Notes: generated by a model not told the origin, from the sequence alone. Shown: positions 30,988 through 40,731, numbered from the stretch's first letter. The stretch is 64,000 nt of DNA from an uncultured Actinomycetota bacterium (GCA_963823915.1 CAWGNJ010000004.1:84436-148435); one strand, 5' to 3'. Made by a program: numbers and translations.

Positions 30988-32602
30988 AACCCCTGTATTT
31001 AGGGGCTGTCGCATGAATGGGGGGTTCTCGCGTTCTGTGGGGGTTTCGACGATCATGCGCGCATGGTGAATGTGCGTTGTGTGGATCGGGATCAGTTGTT
31101 GTTGATGCCGCCGTCGTTGTCTGATTGGTTGCCGCCTGGGCACCTGGCCTGGTTGATTGTTGATGTGGTCGCCGAGCTGGACCTATCGGGCTTTTATCGG
31201 TCGTTGCGTGCCGATGGCCGGGGCGGTGGCTCTTATGACCCGGAGGTGATGCTCGGCGTTTTGTTGTATGCCTATTGCGTGGGAGAACGCTCAAGCCGCC
31301 GTATCGAGCAACGTCTCTGTGACGATGTCGCGTTTCGGGTGATCGCTGCGAATCAGCAGCCGGATCACGCCACGTTGGCGCGGTTCCGACGCCGTCACCA
31401 GGACGCCATCGCCGGCGTGTTCACCCAGGTGGTGGCGCTATGCATCGCCGAAGGTCTGGTCCGGGCCGGTGTGGTGGCAATCGACGGCACCAAGATTGAA
31501 GCCGATGTGTCGGCTGGGTCGTCGTTGACTCGGCGCCAGATTGTCGATGAGATCTTGGAAGAGGCCGAAGCGATCGACGCTGCCGAAGATCTCGAGTATG
31601 GGGCTCGGCGCGGCGATGAGCTTCCCGACCGGTGGGTGGATCGCCACGACCGTCGGGCCCGGTTGCGTGAAGCGCTGCGTCAACTCGACGCCGATGGCCC
31701 GTCCGATGCCGAGTCGTATCAGGTGGCGCGGGAAGCGAGGGAAGCCGAATTGGGTCACAAGCTCTCGGGTCGCCCGGCAGACCCGGACTCGAAATGGGCC
31801 AGCCCGACTCGGACCCGCAAGATCAATGTCACGGACCCTGATAGCCGGACAATCAAAGACGGTCACCGGTTCGTCCAGGGATACAACGCGCAGGCAGCTG
31901 TAACCGCCGATCAGATCGTGGTCGCTGCTGAGGTGACGAACGCCGCTCGGGACTCTGTCGTCTTCGCAATGATGGTCGCCGCCACCCAGCACAACCTTGC
32001 TGGCAACGGCGGGAACCCAGTAGCGACGTTTGTTGCCGATACCGGCTACTGGAGTATCGATAACGCCACGCTCGATATCGATGCCGATGTGTTGATCACC
32101 CCCATGCCCGTGACCGGGGGCGTTACCGACCCGAATGATCCCCGGATCGCTCGACGCGCAGGAGTCATCGAACGCCTTGACCGTGCCGAGATCACGGTCA
32201 CCGCAGCCGCCGTAGAGATGGGAGTGTCAACCACCACGGTCCGTAAGTGGCTCGCCAACCACCGCGGCGGCCGTCCCGACCCGGTCGCGGTGCGCCGGGC
32301 CATGGTCGAACGCCTCGCCACTGAACACGGAGCGGCTGCCTACGCCAAACGCAAGACCACCGTCGAGACGGTCTTCGGGAACGTCAAAGCCAACCTCAAG
32401 TTCCGGAGATTCTCACGCAGAGGACTCGACGCCACATCGAGTGAATGGCGCCTCATCTGCGCTGCCCACAACCTGCTCAAAATCCACCGGCACCAGCTCG
32501 CAGCCACCTGAACCTCAAACCCGGATCGGCGCGCCCCAACCCGACATAACGAAACCCCCGCACCTGGGGCCATCTATGCGACAGCCCCTATTTACAGGGG
32601 TT
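30988..32602 (+). mobile_element. IS1182-family insertion sequence (about 1.6 kb)
   Basis: Imperfect terminal inverted repeats, 29 of 33 matching: AACCCCTGTATTTAGGGGCTGTCGCATGAATGG (30988-31020) against the reverse complement of 32570-32602. One transposase ORF. No target-site duplication seen. Confidence 0.75.
31063..32511 (+). CDS. IS1182-family (IS5/IS4-like DDE) transposase
   Basis: 482 aa. The N-terminus DQLLLMPPSLSDWLPPGHLAWLIVDVV...YDPEVMLGVLLYAYCVGERSSRRIE...DVAFRVIAANQQPDHATLARFRRRH is the InsH-type N-domain of IS1182 transposases. A DDE-type C-terminal half follows. Confidence 0.8.
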   Translation: MVNVRCVDRDQLLLMPPSLSDWLPPGHLAWLIVDVVAELDLSGFYRSLRADGRGGGSYDPEVMLGVLLYAYCVGERSSRRIEQRLCDDVAFRVIAANQQPDHATLARFRRRHQDAIAGVFTQVVALCIAEGLVRAGVVAIDGTKIEADVSAGSSLTRRQIVDEILEEAEAIDAAEDLEYGARRGDELPDRWVDRHDRRARLREALRQLDADGPSDAESYQVAREAREAELGHKLSGRPADPDSKWASPTRTRKINVTDPDSRTIKDGHRFVQGYNAQAAVTADQIVVAAEVTNAARDSVVFAMMVAATQHNLAGNGGNPVATFVADTGYWSIDNATLDIDADVLITPMPVTGGVTDPNDPRIARRAGVIERLDRAEITVTAAAVEMGVSTTTVRKWLANHRGGRPDPVAVRRAMVERLATEHGAAAYAKRKTTVETVFGNVKANLKFRRFSRRGLDATSSEWRLICAAHNLLKIHRHQLAAT

Positions 32603-32607
32603 GGGTT

Positions 32608-32840
32608 TCAGCGAGAGAGTTCGTGCACGTTCGAAACGGCGCGAGTCCGCAGACATGTTGCATCGAGACGGTCGGCGGTAGCCTCATCCAAGCCCTCAAA
32701 CAGGTGCCCTTAGGTGTCAAGGGTGACCTGAATCGATGAGTGTCCCAACCGGAGCTGGATGACTTTTGGGTGCCCCCGTGGGCAATCAGCATGGCGGCGT
32801 GGGTGTGCCGGAGGTCGTGCCTCAAGTTCATCGAGTCCAT
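32608..32840 (-). pseudogene. Tyrosine recombinase/integrase, C-terminal remnant only
   Basis: NLRHDLRHTHAAMLIAHGG, then after a frameshift HPKVIQLRLGHSSIQVTLDT, an in-frame TAA where the catalytic Tyr is expected, and GHLFEGLDEATADRLDA. No N-terminal or core-binding part lies upstream. Confidence 0.7.
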
Positions 32841-32961
32841 CCTCGCCGACCTACAAGACGCCTAAGCCGAAGCATCCACAGACACGAGCGCATAGCGGCA
32901 CCTGTCGCGCTCGTCGCGCATGTCCTCGCCCTGCGACTGGGCGAGCCGAGCCGATTGCCGA

Positions 32962-33780
32962 CTATCGAGTGGGTGCGATCGGATGGCGACCGATGAACTC
33001 GGTTAGCGCGCGTGCCACCTGTTGAGGATGTGTTACAGCCAAGTTGTGGTCCGCGCCCTCGACCAGAACCTCCGCTGGCCGGCTCAGCCAGTCCATCATC
33101 AGCCAACGGACCTGTGAGAACCACGGACCACTCTTGTCGCCGCCTACATATAGCTTCGGTTGGTAGATCCGGCTGGCCCTTTCGGCGCTGAAGTCCCAAG
33201 AGAGCAGTGCAGGGAGGTCAGTCCCGAAGAACGTGTCTGCGTCGCGTTCGACCTGCTGTACAGAGCCAGGAAGGTTCCGTTCGAGTTCGTCTTTCCAGTC
33301 GGAACCCATGAGACGGGTGAGGAAACTATCCAGAGCAAAGCTGGCTCCCCGGGTTTGATGGAGCCGGATCAGTTCATGGTTGGCTGCGATGAACTCTTCG
33401 GCGCTCGGGATGTGAACCGGTGGTGGTTCGACCACCGTCAGAGTGTGGACACGGGAAGCACCGATCACCGCCAACTCCAGGGCTACGGCAGCGCTGTAAG
33501 AAACACCCACAACATGAGCAGACCCGATCGAAAGAGCATCAAGCAAGTCAAGGCAGTCGCTGGCATCACGCAAGATCGAGCCGGGTCCCTCGACACGGCT
33601 GCTACCCCCATATCCGCGACGGTGGTAGATAATCACCTGATATTCGTCAGCCAGGGAAAGCCGATCGGCTATTGGCATGAATTCGTCGGCCGTCAGGGCG
33701 GTCTGGATCAACACAACCGGCTCACCTGAACCCCTAACCGAGACCTCTAGGTCAAGGTCACCAAGTGCAACAAGTTTCAT
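32962..33780 (-). CDS. Alpha/beta hydrolase fold protein
   Basis: HRRGYGGS..., nucleophile elbow VVGVSYSAAVAL and a C-terminal GADHNL (His). ATG 33780 with a GAGG SD is preferred over the TTG at 33819. Confidence 0.7.
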   Translation of the reverse strand: MKLVALGDLDLEVSVRGSGEPVVLIQTALTADEFMPIADRLSLADEYQVIIYHRRGYGGSSRVEGPGSILRDASDCLDLLDALSIGSAHVVGVSYSAAVALELAVIGASRVHTLTVVEPPPVHIPSAEEFIAANHELIRLHQTRGASFALDSFLTRLMGSDWKDELERNLPGSVQQVERDADTFFGTDLPALLSWDFSAERASRIYQPKLYVGGDKSGPWFSQVRWLMMDWLSRPAEVLVEGADHNLAVTHPQQVARALTEFIGRHPIAPTR

Positions 33781-33938
33781 GAGGACCTCAGCGTCAGAAC
33801 CGACCTCGGCGGCGCCCAACCTTTGCGAACGACCACTCGGACCCTAGGCGGGCGGCTCGATATCGGCACTACGTGCGCTCCTGTCTCGGCCGGCGGCGAG
33901 CACCCACCGTGGCGACCGTTGTAGTGCCGGACGTCCGG

Positions 33939-34331
33939 TCAGGGTTCGATGCGGTGGACGGATGACACGCGGTCGATGCTTCGGTCGTAGGAGATGATGT
34001 CGTGTATCCCGGAGGCCTCGGCCGATGCCACTAGGTAGGCCTCTGCGAAGTCGATCCGATGGGTTTCGTACACCTCGAGCGCACGGAGGAGGAGGGCCGG
34101 ATCCAGCGTCCGGATGGGAGGGAACGCGATCACCGAGCGCACCAACCGGGCCACCTCGTCGACGGGTACCTCATAGAACGACTCGAGTACGTAGACGACC
34201 TCGGCCACGATGAGGTCGGGGAGGAGCAACTCGTCGGCTGCCGCCAGGAAGGCGGTGGCACGTGCTGCTTGGTCGGGAGGATCGCCGGTCAGATGCCTGA
34301 TCAGGATGTTGGTGTCGACGAAGGCCGTCAC
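33939..34331 (-). CDS. vapC: Type II toxin VapC (PIN domain)
   Basis: MTAFVDTNILIRHL...LLLPDLIVAEVVYVL...SYDRSIDR carries the PIN acidic residues. The GTG start overlaps the antitoxin stop. Confidence 0.85.
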   Translation of the reverse strand: MTAFVDTNILIRHLTGDPPDQAARATAFLAAADELLLPDLIVAEVVYVLESFYEVPVDEVARLVRSVIAFPPIRTLDPALLLRALEVYETHRIDFAEAYLVASAEASGIHDIISYDRSIDRVSSVHRIEP

Positions 34332-34576
34332 CGGCGCGCCTCGGCACGGGTCCGCCTCGTGTCCCGACGCACTTCATCCCAGGCCATACCTCGCTTGGCG
34401 GCCGGTACGTCGACCGTGCCCGCCAGGTCGATGAGGTTGGCTGTCTTGGCGAGCAGGGCACGGTGCTGTTCCACCCTGAACACGATCTGATCACCTTCGG
34501 TGATGCCGAGCGCTTCCCGGACTTCTTTGGGGATCGTGATCTGGCCCTTCGAGGTGACCTTGGCTGCGAGATCCAT
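34328..34576 (-). CDS. vapB: Type II antitoxin, AbrB/MazE/SpoVT family (VapB)
   Basis: KVTSKGQITIPKEVREALGITEGDQIVF swapped-hairpin motif. AAGGAG SD 8 nt upstream. 4-nt overlap with vapC. Confidence 0.85.
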   Translation of the reverse strand: MDLAAKVTSKGQITIPKEVREALGITEGDQIVFRVEQHRALLAKTANLIDLAGTVDVPAAKRGMAWDEVRRDTRRTRAEARR

Positions 34577-34828
34577 TTGGATAGCTCCTTACTATGCAGG
34601 CGAGGTAAGAATATCATGCGTACCCGTCGATTACCAGAGACCGGCGAACGTCACCCGGGCGGAGGTAAGTACAGCCAAGGATTCACAGCCGAGGATCCAA
34701 GAGTCCGCGAAAAGTCCGCGGGAGAATGAAAAGCACTGCAAGACGATGAAAGTCAATGAGCAGCAAAAGCCCAGGTCAGAGGCCAGATCGGGCCGATTCA
34801 CCAGGTCGTCAAGACCCCCTGATCCCGT

Positions 34829-34873
34829 CTGGGGGTCAAGAGGTCGGGAGTTCAAATCTCCCCAGCCCGACCA
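34829..34873 (+). repeat. attR: 45-bp duplicate of the tRNA-Pro 3' part
   Basis: Perfect copy of 30938-30982. No tRNA 5' half (acceptor or D arm) lies upstream, so this is not a second tRNA gene. Confidence 0.85.
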
Positions 34874-34933
34874 AGGTTTCCGCGACTTCCTGCCTTCGCC
34901 TGCGGGTACCGTGGTCGTGTGAACAATCCCGAC

Positions 34934-35074
34934 ATGATCTGGTGGATGGTGGTGGGGTGGTTGCCGGCCGTGTTGTTGTGGTCATTCGGTGACGATCTGT
35001 TTACGACCCTGGGCGGCGTTGTTTGGCTCGGTTTCATGTATTGGGTTTTCTGGCAGAGAAGCCAGAGTCGTTAG
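34934..35074 (+). CDS. Small hydrophobic hypothetical protein (46 aa)
   Basis: MIWWMVVGWLPAVLLWSFGDDLFTTLGGVVWLGFMYWVFWQRSQSR has two TM-like segments. No SD was identified. Weak call. Confidence 0.2.
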   Translation: MIWWMVVGWLPAVLLWSFGDDLFTTLGGVVWLGFMYWVFWQRSQSR

Positions 35075-35127
35075 GCGTTCATTGGTGCTCAGGATTGGAC
35101 CGTTCTGCGCCGATACCTATTGGTGAC

Positions 35128-36146
35128 ATGCAACGTCGCAAATCGCTTGTCCGCAAGTGGACCACTGGCGGAGCTCTTTTCGGGGCGCTCTTTCCCGCGG
35201 CCGGATGGCTGCTCGCCGGAGGCGGGCACTCATTCGATGAAATCGCCGCGGCCCACACGGCTCAGTCCGTCATGTGGATCGTCGATCTCGCTCCAATTGT
35301 GCTCGGGATCGCCGGCAGATTGATCGGTATTGAGTACGCCAAAGTCGACGCGGCCTGGCGGGCTACCGACGACAAGGTGAAGGAACGAACGGCCGAGTTG
35401 AGCGAGGCGAACCAGCGGCTCGAGGGTTTGATGCGCTCCAAGGATCAGTTTGTGGCAACAGTCAGTCACGAGGTGCGAAATCCGCTCACCGTTGTTCTGG
35501 GATTCGCCGACGAGTTGCGCGACGCCCTCTGAGCTCAGGGCGACCTCGAGTACGGCGAACTGGCCGAACTGATCGGTGACCAAAGCCGGGAAATCAACAA
35601 CATCATCGAAGATCTGCTGGTGGCCGCCCGGGCCGAAGTTGGAACGATGACCATTGTCCCCGAGTTGATCGATCTTGGCACGGAGGTACGGACGGTCGTG
35701 CGCGGTTGTGTGTGCGCCAAAGACGTGCGCGATTCCATCGAACTCGACCTCGAGACCTGTCCGGTTCAGGCGGATCCATCGCGGGTCCGCCAGATCATCC
35801 GGAACCTGCTCACCAACGCCATCCGCTATGGCGGCGAGAGGATGTTCGTGGTCGTCCGGTGCGATCGAGGGCGCGGCCTCAGTCTGCGTCTGCGACAACG
35901 GTGCAGGTATTCGGGAAGAGGAACGAGCGACGATTTTTGAGGCCTATCAACAAGGACACACCGATACTCCCGTCTCCGGTTCAGTCGGTCTCGGGCTCGA
36001 ATGTCTCGCGGCAACTCGCACGGCTGATGGGCGGCGACCTCACCTATCGCTATGAGGACGGCGTCAGCACCTTTGCTCTCACCCTGCCATCAGCGGAATC
36101 CATCGGTGAGGCGACCTCGCCGACCGCCACCGCCCTTGCTTCCTGA
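35128..36146 (+). pseudogene. Orphan sensor histidine kinase, in-frame TGA plus 2 frameshifts as sequenced
   Basis: Two N-terminal TM segments, a coiled coil and the H-box FVATVSHEVRNPLT. TGA at 35530-35532 is in frame with the continuing ...IEDLLVAARAE... sequence. N box RQIIRNLLTNAIRYGG. The G1 box CDNGAGI (shift near 35866) and G2 box GSVGLGL...VSRQLARLMGGDL (shift near 35998) lie in other frames. No response regulator is adjacent. Confidence 0.75.
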
Positions 36147-36307
36147 ACCGGCTTGTCGCAGACATTCTGGAAACAACTGGCAGGCGCATGTTGGAGCCTG
36201 GCATAGCTAGGGCTATCCTTCCGAACGTTCTTGAGAGGGCTGCCGCCGCATCCAGCGGATGGGGTCACACGGGACGGGAAATCGGAAGAAACATGGAGGG
36301 TTGCACT

Positions 36308-38339
36308 GTGAGAACATCACGGAAGCTCTCGAAGTGGCGCTGGCTGGCCATTGTTGCCGTATTGGCAATGATCGCCGCAGCGTGCGCGGAGGGGACCACT
36401 GATACTACGGCCGGAGAGACCACCACTACAACGGCGGCTCCTTCGGACGGTGGTACCACCACTACCGCAGCACCCACTGTCGAGGGTTTTACCTACAAGA
36501 TCGGCATCTTTAGCGACTTGACGACCGACAACTTCTGGGCCTATCTGGGTCCGGAGGCGGATGTATACAACGGGTACGTCCTGGGCAGCAGCCACCCGGC
36601 GCTGTTCACGCTGGCATATCCAAACATCCTGATGGTCCCCAGCCTTGCTGAAGGTGCGCCCAACGAGGCCACCGGCTCAGGAAGCTCTTGGGTTGTCGAG
36701 CAGACGATTCGTCAGGGTGTCAAATGGTCGGACGGTGAAGAAGTCACCGCCAACGACCTGGCGTTCACCTTCGACGTGATGAAAGAATTCTCGCTCGGCG
36801 GTAACTGGCCCGGCTACTTCTCGCTGCAGGCAGAGGCAGTGGAAGATGACCCGGCCACCGAAGACGACGACGAGTCCGCCCCTGCCCGCGAGGGTGTGGC
36901 GAGCGTGACCGCGGTAGACGACTACACCGTCAGGGTTGAGTTCTCCGAGAAGCCGGGTTTGGCGATCTGGAACAACGGGGTTGGCTTGGCGCCGTTCATG
37001 CCTGAGCACTTCTGGGCCGACATGGTCGAGGAAGCTCGCGGCAGTGACGATCCGTCCGCCACGTTGTACGCCTTCAGCGGCGAGGGTGAGCCTTCAGCTG
37101 GACAGATGATCTACTCGGGTCGTGAGCCGGGCGCCTTCGCCCAGAACACGATGAATGTCGACGACTACTACGCCGGCACCGAGTACACGTTCTACGCCGA
37201 TGGATCATTCCGTCAGAAGAGCGCAGGTCAGGGCTTTGATGAGGTGTACAACGGTTCCGGTGAGGGCGAAGTCGCCACTCAGTGGACCGCCGGCCCGTAC
37301 GCCAGTGACGTGCTCTACTCGATCTACTCCGACCAGAACGCGGCCATCCTCGCTCTGCGCAACGGTGAGATCGACTTCATCCTCAGCTCCCTGGGTCTCC
37401 AGGCGGGTCTGAAGGACCAGATCACGTCCGCTCCGGACTTGAACCTGATCGCCAACGCATCGAACGGATTCCGCTACCTGTCGTTCAACATGCGCAAGTC
37501 GCCGATGTCGGAACAGTGCGTTCCGCCGGGCGATGGCCTGCATGGTCGACAAGGAATTCATGCAAACCCTGTTGCAGGGTGCGGCCATCCCGGCCTACAG
37601 CCTGGTGCCGTCCGGCAACGCCTTCTGGGCCAACCCGGATGTTGAGGAACTCTGCAAGGGCTTGGGCGGAGAAGAGCGCTTCACCGAAGCAGTGAAGATC
37701 CTGACGGATGGCGGCTTCACCTGGACCGTGGCTCCCGAATGGGATGCCGACAACCAGGAGCTCCTCGATGGTACCGGCACGGGCCTCAAAGACCCGAGCG
37801 GAACCACCGTCCCCGAGCTCGAGCTGCTCGCCCCCGGACCCGGTTACGACCCGCTGCGTTCGACCTACTCGGTGTGGATCGCAGAGTGGGCCTCGAACCT
37901 GGGTATTCCGGTCAAGGCCAACCCGACCGGCTTCAGCGTGATCGTCGACAAGGCGTTTGCGCTGGGTGAAGAGGCTCTTGCCTGGGATATGTACATCCTC
38001 GGTTGGGGTCTTGGTGATGCCTCCCTGCCGACCTTCCACGAGTCGTTCTTCGCCTCGTACCAGGACTCGGCTGAGGGTGGCTTCAACACCCCCGGTTACG
38101 CCAACGATCGTGTCGACGAGCTGGCTGCCGAGCTGCTTGCCGCCACCGATGTGAATACCGCCAAGGCTGCGGTCCAGGAAATGGACCGGATCATCGTCGA
38201 GGAAGCCCCCTACGTGGTGCTGTTCCAGACGCCGATCTTGGAGGCCTACCGCACGACTCTGGTATTCCCGTTCACCGATACGCTGGACGGAATTCAGAAT
38301 CTGAGTGGTCTGCCGGCCGACATCAAGGCAGTTGACTGA
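36308..38339 (+). pseudogene. ABC transporter substrate-binding lipoprotein, family 5 (peptide/nickel type), 1 frameshift as sequenced
   Basis: GTG 36308 with a GGAGGG SD. Signal and lipobox ...AMIAAAC followed by a T-rich linker. The N-terminal 36188 frame and C-terminal 37533 frame join near 37520 (FRYLSFNMRKSPMSE / MACMVDKEFMQTLLQG). Confidence 0.8.
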
Positions 38340-38357
38340 GCAAACATCTCAGTTGAG

Positions 38358-38396
38358 ACGATGATGGGGAGGGCTTCGGCCCTCCCCATCATGCGT
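38358..38396 (+). terminator. Strong intercistronic hairpin (attenuator or mRNA stabiliser) between SBP and permease genes
   Basis: ATGATGGGGAGGGC-TTCG-GCCCTCCCCATCAT gives a 14-bp perfect stem with a UUCG loop. ACG/CGT extends it across a 1-nt bulge. Starts 19 nt after the SBP stop. Confidence 0.55.
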
Positions 38397-38455
38397 CTCT
38401 AGGGCTCTTTTGCTAACCTGCCTCGACCGGCTTCCTGGCATCGGGAGGGCTTTGC

Positions 38456-39620
38456 ATGCTGAAGTACATCGGCAAGAGAACACTGCAGAACGTGCTGGTG
38501 TTCGTAGTTTTCCTGACTGCCACCTTCTTCCTCATGCAGGCCCAACCGGGCGATATCAGCCAGCAGTACCTTTCCAACCCCAAAATCACCCCCGAGGTCC
38601 GCGAAGCAGTTCCGCGAACAATTGGGTTTGACCGGATCTTTGTTTTCCCAATACGTCACCTATATGAAGAACTTCTTCACAGGCAACCTCGGGATCTCGT
38701 TCTCCGAATACCCCCGAGAGGTCACCTCAATCATCGGCGAGCGGCTACCGAGGACCCTGGCCCTCTTCCTCTTCGCCACCCTGCTGTCCTTCTGGTTGGG
38801 ATTCAAGGCGGGCAAGCTCATCGCCTGGCGTCGGGGGACCAAGCTGGAGACTGCCATGACCACCACCGGAGTGTTTTTCCAGACGGTGTTCTACCCGTGG
38901 TTCGCCCTGATGATGATCTGGGCATTTGCGTTTGGACTGGGGTGGTTCCCGATCGGCAAATTCCTTACCGTTGATAAGTGGTTCGACGCGCCGCCCGGTG
39001 TGGAGGCCAACGGCGTCTTCAACCGGATGCTGATCACGGCATTGATCGTCGGTTTGGTCCTGGTAGCGGTGGAGATCATCGGGCGGCGGAGTCACGACCG
39101 CAAGCGAGGTAGGCAATTGATTTGGGCGGGCCGCATCCTCCTGATCGGTGGTCTGCTGATCTGGTGGACCACCGTCTGGAGCGAGCAGGTACCATTTGCG
39201 CTCGATATCGGCTGGCATCTTCTGCTCCCCACCATCACCCTGAGCCTCATCGGGTATGGAGCGACCATGTTGTTGACCAGAGCGTCGATGCTCGAAACCT
39301 TGCGGGAGGATTTCATTCTCACCGCCCGGGCCAAAGGCGTGCCCGACAAGGTCATTCGCGACAAGCACGCTGCCCGGAACGCCCTCTTGCCCGTCACTAC
39401 GTCACTGGTTCTCAGCCTGGCTTTTCTGATCGGCGGCGGGGTCATCACCGAAACTGTCTTCTCCTGGCCGGGCATGGGAGCCACCCTGCTCTCGGCTGCC
39501 ATCCAGGAGGACATTCCCCTCACTATCGGCGCCTTTGCCTTCATTGCCGTGCTTGTGCTCACAGCTCATTTGATCATCGACATCATGTACATGTACTTGG
39601 ATCCCCGGATCCGGGTGTAG
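38456..39620 (+). pseudogene. ABC transporter permease (OppB/DppB-like), 1 frameshift as sequenced
   Basis: MLKYIGKRTLQNVLVFVVFLTATFFLM... (38456 frame) joins QFREQLGL...LFSQYVTYMKNFFTGNLGISF... (38622 frame) near 38600. The EAA-type loop ...ILTARAKGVPDKVIRDKHAARNALLP is in the second part. Confidence 0.8.
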
Positions 39621-39634
39621 GGAGAGGAGTGCCA

Positions 39635-40725
39635 GTGACCGACCGCCTCATCGATCCCGACCCGGCCGTTGTCCCGGACATCGCCGACGTTGTTGCCGAA
39701 CCACTCTGGCGGGTGCGGCTCCGGTTGTTCTGGCGGGGGTTTCGCAAAGGTTGGTCGAGTTTCGCGGAGAACAAGATCGGCCTGATCGGCCTGGCCGTCA
39801 TCGTCTTGTTCGGCATCATGGCCTTGGCTCAGCCGGTCCTGATCGGAACTGTGTGGGAGCCTTCGGTGTACGACCCCGTCGTCGGTTACGACGCGGTGGT
39901 AATCAACAAGACGATCGTTCCGGACAATGAAGTAACCGATCCCAACACCCAGGTCGACCTGTTTTCTGCCCGTTTGATCAACCCGCTCCTGAAAGTCGGG
40001 GACACATTGGACGTGACCGTCCAACCGGCCCCTCCGTCTGCGAAACATTTGCTCGGCACCGACTCGCTCGGGCGGGATGTGCTTTCGCAGTTGATGTTCA
40101 GCAGTCGGGCGGCGTTCATGTTGGGCATAATCGCCGCTATCGTCACCGTGTTTATTGCAACCTCGGTAGGAGCGGTTTCGGCCTTCTTTGGTGGAGTGAT
40201 CGACACCCTGTTCATGCGACTCGCCGACCTGGTGATCCTGATGCCGTTTCTGCCGATCCTTATCGTGCTGAGCGCCATCATCGACTTCCAGTTGTTTCAC
40301 CTGGCTTTGGTGATCGGGGTTCTGGGCGGGTTCGGGGGTACCGCCATCATCCTCAAGTCGCAGGCGTTGTCGGTTTCGGTGAAGCCGTTCATCGATGCGG
40401 CGCGGGTTGCCGGGGGTGGTCGGATGCACCTCATCTTCCGGCACATCATCCCCAACGTGCTGCCGCTGAGCTTCCTCTACATGATGTTCACGGTCACCGA
40501 GGCCATCGCGCCGAGGCGACGCTCTCGTTCCTGGGCCTGCTCAACATCGACATGAGCTGGGGAATCATGATCTACCAAGCCCGTATGCAGGGCTACCTGC
40601 TCAACCCGGATTTCTGGTGGCTGATCGTGCCGCCCGGCTTGGCGGTCTCCATGCTGGCTGGAGCCTTCTTCCTGGTGGGAAGGGCGATGGACGAGGTGAT
40701 CAATCCCCGAGTGCGGAGACGGTAG
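39635..40725 (+). pseudogene. ABC transporter permease (OppC/DppC-like), 1 frameshift as sequenced
   Basis: GTG 39635 follows the SD GGAGAGGAG. ...HLLGTDSLGRDVLSQLMFSSR... The C-terminus EATLSFLGLLNIDMSWGIMI...NPRVRRR* is in another frame from about 40505. The first ~170 aa of the 39122..40555 track ORF is out-of-frame read-through of the previous gene. Confidence 0.75.
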
Positions 40726-40731
40726 GAACCC

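Larger units (their letters stand above)
30938..34873. mobile_element. Decayed integrative element / genomic islet in the 3' half of tRNA-Pro (attL to attR)
   Basis: Bounded by a perfect 45-bp direct repeat. Contains an IS, an integrase remnant, an alpha/beta hydrolase, vapBC and an AT-richer non-coding stretch. Confidence 0.75.

Noticed and set aside
30983-32612. Target-site duplication for the IS element
   Set aside because: No direct repeat is visible at the ends. Only inverted heptamers flank it, and these are reported separately.
34500-34922. 140-aa plus-strand ORF spanning the vapB upstream region and attR. A similar one lies at 30801-31016 across the tRNA.
   Set aside because: These translate through tRNA-derived sequence (...GSRGREFKSPQPD...) and non-coding AT-richer DNA. 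They are an artefact of the duplicated tRNA segment.
35530-35532. TGA as selenocysteine or programmed read-through in the histidine kinase
   Set aside because: I saw no SECIS-like hairpin immediately downstream, the site is not a redox or catalytic Cys position, and the surrounding region is error-rich. Kept only as a low-interest finding.
39122-39634. N-terminal ~170 aa of the 477-aa ORF 39122..40555
   Set aside because: This is an out-of-frame overlap with the OppB-like permease. The real start is GTG 39635, after the SD GGAGAGGAG.
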